Source: Octopus sinensis (taxonomy: Eukaryota). Taken from it: a stretch of 64,000 nucleotides of DNA. A model generated the notes under the pieces. That model was not told the DNA's origin. It was given only the letters and a program-made list of their open reading frames with translations, and ran no database searches. A program made the position numbers and the translations under genes. The stretch covers positions 135,284,001-135,348,000 of the forward strand of contig NC_042998.1 of the NCBI RefSeq assembly GCF_006345805.1, written 5' to 3'. Shown piece after piece: positions 56,652 through 64,000 of this stretch. Each line of letters starts with the position of its first letter. Position 1 is the stretch's first letter.

Positions 56652-57202
56652 GCACATATGTAAGTATCTAAGTATGTAACACAATGACACAATGTTTAGC
56701 ATCAGCCGCAAGATCAAAACCATGTACAAAATCTACCTAGAGAGGCAAACCCTACGTATCAGAAAAGGAACTAAAAAATCAGACGGAGATCTTCAGTCCC
56801 TGCATACACGAGAGAAAATTCATAATTAGACTCCAACAATAGGTCTCTTTCATCAAAAATAAGATTAAATCTTGCCCTAGTAAACTTTCTGCCCAACTTA
56901 GTTCTATATAATTTTAAGTATTTTACCTTATTACTCGTTCTATTTTCGCCCAAACGTTACCCCAGAGCTTTCCAGAATTTCGGGTTTTTTCCCCAAATTT
57001 ATTCCTTCTCTCTTCACGCTCCTTCTTTATTGTATCCCCTCGTTCTCACTACCTCACCTCCCACCACATAATTGGTTTGCATGTGGTGTATGTATGTAGG
57101 CATATTTATCACAGACAGCCAGAATATGACAAAGGAGAATAACTCCTTCCCCACAAAAAATTAAGAGCATACCTTCTTTGAATTCAATACATATATACAT
57201 AG

Positions 57203-57700
<498 letters not shown>

Positions 57701-58321
57701 AAGAGCATATATATACACACACATAAATTCATACATATACATACCTCCCACACACATATGAGTGTGTATATGTGTGTATATATGTTTGTGTGTGTACTTG
57801 TGTTTGTGTGCCTTTGTGTTTCTGGTTTGTCATCTTCACCACTTGACAATTGGTGTCGGCTTGTTTGCATCCTTATAACGTGGTGGTTTAGCGAAAGAGA
57901 CCTATTAAACAAGTACTAGACTGAAAAGATAAGTACTATAGTCGATTTTGACTGAAAACAGGTAAAAGTTTAAAGATGACTATTATTCAAACATCCTTCT
58001 TTTTTTTAATGCGGTTGGGTGTGATTTGAGAAAGCTTAGCTGCTGATTTCTCGACGACAGAACAATCACGGACAGTATCGTTAATTGGCTCTCTTCCGCC
58101 CTTGATGAAACATGAATATCGCATGAAAGTCCAATCTCAAATGTAGGATCAGACTACGTTATTTGTTTCCGGACTGGTGCAATTAATTGGGCTTTTTTAA
58201 TGCGTATGCTGGATTGTGCATACGTAGGCCTGTACACGCATAAAAATAATTAGTGATAATAAACGAAAGTATATAACAGCAACAACAATTACAAAGCCTC
58301 AGTAATAATATAATAATAATA

Positions 58322-58359
<38 letters not shown>

Positions 58360-58399
58360 TAATAATAATAATAATAACAATAATATACCTATCCCTGAC

Positions 58400-59470
58400 A
58401 CAAATAAAAAATCTGTACAAAATAACAGCAGCTGAACTGGACAAATTCTTAGAGACCAAGAATGTAACTCATAATATAAAAACATGGGGGAAAAAAACCC
58501 ATAGCTTTTATCTATACACAAGAAGACGATAAAATACAAAGCAGGAACAAATTGTACTGAAACAATAAATTCAGGTAACAACATAACAGAAATGGTTAAA
58601 GAGATAAAAAAAAAACATGATGAAAACGAAATTACAAAGCATACTCAAGAAGAAATGGGGAGCAAAACCACTCCACGACCAATGCCCTGCAAGGGAAGAA
58701 ATAAGAAGCGGTGCAATCAGCAATGGCTCAAAAGCTCCGGTTTAACTTAAAAGTTGAAACGGAGGGATTGATCCTTCTTGCACAAGACCAATGTCTGGCC
58801 ACAAATACTTATAAAAGTAAAATAATGAAAACGTTCCCAACAGCAAATGCAGAATAAGCAACCCGTACAACGAAACGGTTCACATCATCTCTGATTGCCC
58901 AGTCTTTGCCAAATCTGAGTACATACATAGGTCAACTCATGTTGGTAGCTACATTCAGTAGGCAATATGCCATGCCAACACTTCAATGTGAAAGCAAATA
59001 AGAAGAGGTACAAGCATGTACAGAACACAGTACGTGACAACGACCAGGCTACAATAATCTGAGATATGCCCGTCCAAAATGACAAAGAGCCCAAGGTGAA
59101 CCGTCCTGACATAATAATTCTTTCTACTGTAGGCGCAAGGGCTGACATTTTGGGAGATGGATTTAGTTAATTACATCGACCCCAGTACTCAACTGATACT
59201 TATTTCATCAACTCCGAAATGATGACAGGCTAAGTCAGCCTCGACAGACCGTCCTGACATTATAGTAAAAGGCTGGAAAACAAATATAAGCACCCTGGTA
59301 GATACCACAATCCCTTCTAATGAAAATATTTCCCCCAAAGAAGTGAGAAAATGCTATCAAAATACAAGGAGCTTGAAATTGAAACATTCAAGATATGGGG
59401 CATGAGGGTGAAAACAATACCAGCTGTAATTAGAGCATTAGATATAATTTTAAAAAGTATGAAAGGTGAC
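58400..59470 (+). mobile_element. Diverged R4/Dong-type RLE retrotransposon remnant next to (TAA)n (58300-58385), interrupted by a SINE
   Basis: Frameshifted motifs KWGAKPLH, KVETEGLILLAQDQCL and RPDIIV match the 24.9-kb element. Confidence 0.7.
59100..59260 (-). mobile_element. 5'-truncated SINE B with an ATT tail, flanked by a 13-bp target-site duplication (ACCGTCCTGACAT)
   Basis: Direct repeats at 59100-59112 and 59248-59260. Confidence 0.72.
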
Positions 59471-60388
59471 ACTAGGGTTCACAGCACTACCAGAAAAAAG
59501 AAAAAAGACTGGTATTATGCATGATAAGTCGAACGTATCGGTAGTACTTTAGCGTTGTTTAGCTGTGTAAATCCAACTGTGGTGACTGAGTGTCCTTAGT
59601 GAGATTTTGCGGCGAGTCGTCTACTTGAACAACCAAAATCTAATGGTATATAGGGAACAGGCATCGGAAATGTAGAAATATTGTATATAATTTCTAATAT
59701 ATATTTTGTCAGTGTGTTGTTGTATGTGAGTTTTGGTTGTATTTTCTATTCTTTGGTGGTGTTCATAAAAAGTGAGGCGGCACATTTGATAGATACTGAT
59801 AGTTGATGTGGTTTTGAGTTATATCTAAGGAATAGTGGAAGGAGGTGAACACGATGGCATTTACATTTGAAGTTGTGTGTGCTTTGTCGGTTACAAAGTA
59901 AGTTCATGTAAGTTCTAGTTAAAAAGAATGCATGAGAGGACGGATACTTGCATCACCTCATTCGGGAAGTTATAGTTTCTAGATAAGCAAGCTGTGTTGT
60001 TACTGTAGTCAACGTAGACTTGACAACCTCTGAGTTAGCTCACTGTCATTATTTAGCGCTATTTCTTCGGGAAGCTTTTTTAGTATTAAGATTTTGATTA
60101 TAAGCATGTAGTGCGGAATAAAATCTGAAGCTTTGCGGGTGGCAATGGTAATTAAAACGGCATGTGGTGCTTTTGTTGTTGCAGACGCTATCATGTTTCC
60201 TTTGTGCTAATGGTTGTTCAAGCTGCCGTGCATGATCATTGTTTGTATTATATTATGCCAAACATTCTGCAGAAAATGCGGAACACTAATAGTATTTAAG
60301 CAAATTAATATCACATGAGTACCATTACATCACCTCCTCTCTTAATGTATTTATGTATGTATGTATGTACGCAGGCATCATGTACGTG

Positions 60389-60458
<70 letters not shown>

Positions 60459-60902
60459 TATGCACACATATATACATTCACACACAAACACACACACACA
60501 CACATAAATATGTTTGTATATATTTGTTGATAACATTTAGTCTTGCCAACTGAATAGAATATGCTTCACTGAAGAAGTTTAACAAAACTGAAGCATGTCC
60601 GTTGCTATCACTAGTTGGCATAAAGACCAGGTTCAATCCCATATTGCACTTTTTATATTTTCTCAAAATTTCAATTAATTGATGTTACTAGAGGAATCTT
60701 CCCTGTCCGCTTCTTGTAGATTTTAAATGTCCCAGAGGAGTTTATATCAACTAATTGCATCGATAACCTCAGTTGATCAACATTCATATTATGTACGTAA
60801 AATTGCACTATGAATATATACTTCTGGTATTTAAAACATATGTAATTGAGGCAAACATTTACAGGAAATGGAGGAAATTCTGATAGTCCAATATGTTTCC
60901 AA

Positions 60903-61060
60903 GGCGCCGGTCAAAATGCTTAGCTGCATTTCGTCCATCTAGCATTCTGAGTTCAAATTCCGCCGCGATCGACTTTGCCTTTCATCCTTTCGGGGTCGAT
61001 GTAATCGACTTACCCCTCCCTCGAAATTGCTGGTCTTGTGGCAAAATTTGAAACCATTAT
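60903..61060 (+). mobile_element. SINE family B with an internal deletion
   Basis: Core and tail motifs present. Confidence 0.8.
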
Positions 61061-62004
61061 TAGACTTTGGAGAAAACAACTAGAACGTTTCAAATAATTA
61101 CAGATCACAATGGCACTATTACCTTTAAACGATTCAGTTGATGACATGAATTAATTCATAAACAAGCCTGTATCAAAAAAAATAAACCCTTCATTGAAAA
61201 ACATTTGATTTGACAATTGAACGATCGGGTTTTTCACCTAGTCGTCGTGTCTCATTCATCTTCAGTTTGAACCAAGGATGCTGCGTTATTTAACTGGGTA
61301 GATATCTGGATAATGACTAATATATAGCGAGACTAATAGAACATACATGATTCTGAAGGTACCGAAAACCGAAATTTCAATTATCAATTGACAGAATTGT
61401 ACAAATTTTTCTGCTAGTGAATGTCTTGTTTACTTGTACGAAACTGTTGGAACGTGCATATTAGCCAACTTGAAATGAAAAAATTTTTATTAATTTTGAT
61501 AAGGTACTTACAGAGTGAAAATTTTCTCGAACTGCAAGAAATAGTAATGGAATCTCACTCAAAACGCATCCTACCGTCTTAAAATATGAACAGCGCTACA
61601 CAGGAGTAGCCAGTATTTCAACAGAGGGGCTCCGCAAATGTTAAAATAGATCTCCAATTTAATCGTCTAATTTGCGAAAACACAAAACTTAAACAAAATG
61701 TTAGACAATAATTACATTTGCATGGAGCTACTGGTTGGAGTTTGTCTCAAAACGTACCCCGACTACTTTGAATAACGTTAGTATAAGCTTCAACATGCAT
61801 GAAAAATAAAAGGCTGACTCTTGGTTATATATCTGCTCGAAAAGAGATAGTGGTCTGAAGATGCATCCAAATCCAATAATGAAACTTGATGTGGTCTACA
61901 AAAGCAGCATTTAATCAGCGATTGTATATGATTCGTTTTACTACGCAGCATTATTCATTATCTGCACCAATAATAACCCCTTCTACTAAAAGCACAAGGC
62001 CTGA

Positions 62005-62390
62005 AGTTGGCGGAAGGGGATTAGTCGATTACATCAACCTTAGTGTTTCACTGATACTTAATTTATCGACCCCGAAAAGATGAAAGGCAAAGTCGACATC
62101 GGCGGAATTTGAACTCAGATCGTAAAAACGGACCAAATGCTAAGCATTTCGTCCGGCTAACGATTATTCCAGCTCGCCGCCTAAAAAATGCCTTCTGTTT
62201 TGGGGACAGGGCCTGAAACCTTGTGGGAGAGGGCTAGTCGACTGCATCAACCTCAGTGCTTAACTAGTACTTATTTTATCAACCCTGAAATGATAAAAGC
62301 CGAGTCGACATTAGTAGACTTCGAACTTAGAATGTAAAGAGCCGTAAGAAATACAGGTAAGCATTTTGTCCGGTGCGGTAATTATTCTGC
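62005..62390 (-). mobile_element. Two tandem inverted SINE family B copies
   Basis: GGCAAAGTCGACATCGGCGGAATTTGAACTC and a second diverged copy. Confidence 0.8.
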
Positions 62391-62549
62391 TATGTCTGAT
62401 GTTCTGTTACCTGTTAAATTGCAAAAGTTAAAGGAATAGAAAGTTAAAGGAATAGAAAAACCAAATTGTTGACTTATAACAGGTTAACTAAATATATGGC
62501 GACGCCAAAATGACACTAAAAAATAATACTATGATTTTGTTGTGTACAG

Positions 62550-62592
<43 letters not shown>

Positions 62593-62728
62593 GCTTCCTG
62601 ATCAAATTCCTGCTTAAGGGAAGCAAAGATCATGCATACAGCACTGGCTCTGAATTCTATATAAAATTTGTAGAGATAATCTTAGAAATATACATACGTA
62701 CATACATACATACATACAAAGGTTATAT

Positions 62729-62780
<52 letters not shown>

Positions 62781-62821
62781 AAGGATTTGCGTGTGTATAT
62801 ATGCATACAAACGATGCATAC

Positions 62822-62870
<49 letters not shown>

Positions 62871-62979
62871 ATATATACATACCAAGAATACATACATACA
62901 TACAACATACATACATACATACATACATACATACATACATACATACATACATACATACGTACATACCTATGTATATATA

Positions 62980-63012
<33 letters not shown>

Positions 63013-64000
63013 CAGATAGCTAGCAGCAAATCAAATCAACAAAGCCTTTTGTTTTGTTTCTACATCAAGGTTTAAACATAGTTGTCGGTGGTACACTAGT
63101 AGGCTCCTACTTCCTTACTGCTTCTGATTTAGAACAAAGAGGAATTTCTTTCCATTTTGCAAGAATTAATTAGTATATATTTAAAAATAGATTCACTTTT
63201 CGCTGGTCATTCGCCAAATAACCTACTACGGCCTGCAATGATTCAAACCAAACAACAGGTCACGTGTTTGGAAGCCAATGAGATTATGAATGTACGCAAT
63301 TTTCTATAAGAATTACATGTAGGTGATGTTATCAAATAAAATTAGACTGATTGCATACACACGCTCGCGCGTATTCACTTTACAGTCAGATGGTCAAGAA
63401 GTTTTCTTTGCAATCTCGAGGTTCCGGGATCGATCCAACTGCTTTGCAAATGTGCAAATGACAGTTTCAACACCTTCGAGTCGGTTTATTTCTTACTGAG
63501 TTGAAGGAAATTGCCCAGAAAGCCTGTCAGAGTGGATTGCACCTGTAATTCCCAAAGCCACCACCTTGCTACATCCTGTGTTATGCTAAATTATATTAAG
63601 GGTACACATGTCAGACACTTACACTCAAAATCAGAAGCAGGTAATTTAGTTGATTCAAGAAAAGAATTATCATTATCAAACGACGGAGATCCACCACCAC
63701 TATAAATAAGCAAAAATGCTAGTTCTAAAATCTCTCTAAGAGATCAATTCAGTAGTTGTACTGAAAAGAAATATTCGTAGCCACTTTAACACGGCTGTCC
63801 GTTCGAGTGGACTCTACTGCGATTTTTTAACCGCAAGAGGACATCTCCTTTATCTGGTTAACGATGCACAGCTGCATCCGATAAAATTGCGAGGAGGGGA
63901 CCGAACCCCTATCATCTCCTAGCGACAGGACCAGTAGACCAGTCCTGGTTTCGGGCTATTTCTGCTTCTCCTCACTACTAGTCATCTCGTCTGCTAAAGA

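Overview
AT-rich, microsatellite- and retroelement-dense animal genomic DNA. The SINE/LINE repertoire and actin type suggest a cephalopod such as Octopus; this is inference, not a database match. One clear protein-coding gene is present: a 376-aa actin (+ strand, coding exons 13879-14004 and 16260-17264, one 2255-bp phase-0 intron) with a CArG/TATA-like/Inr promoter. Its intron holds further CArG boxes, a hairpin and a CpG-rich higher-order tandem repeat carrying CRE-like motifs. The rest is tRNA-derived SINEs, LINE fragments (R4/Dong-type RLE, RTE, L1/Tx1, CR1-like), mariner remnants, non-autonomous Helitrons and simple repeats. The most unusual signal is a series of fold-back (palindromic) structures, several carrying hammerhead-ribozyme modules. 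A perfect 340-bp palindrome (56148-56487) encodes a complete minimal type-I hammerhead on each strand. A second fold-back encloses a degenerate long-stem-II hammerhead, and two more retain only the GAAAC-palindrome-GTA half. There is also an apparent CpG-decayed domain (about 29-47.6 kb) that hints at an unseen methylated host gene. Repeat boundaries were read by eye and are approximate.
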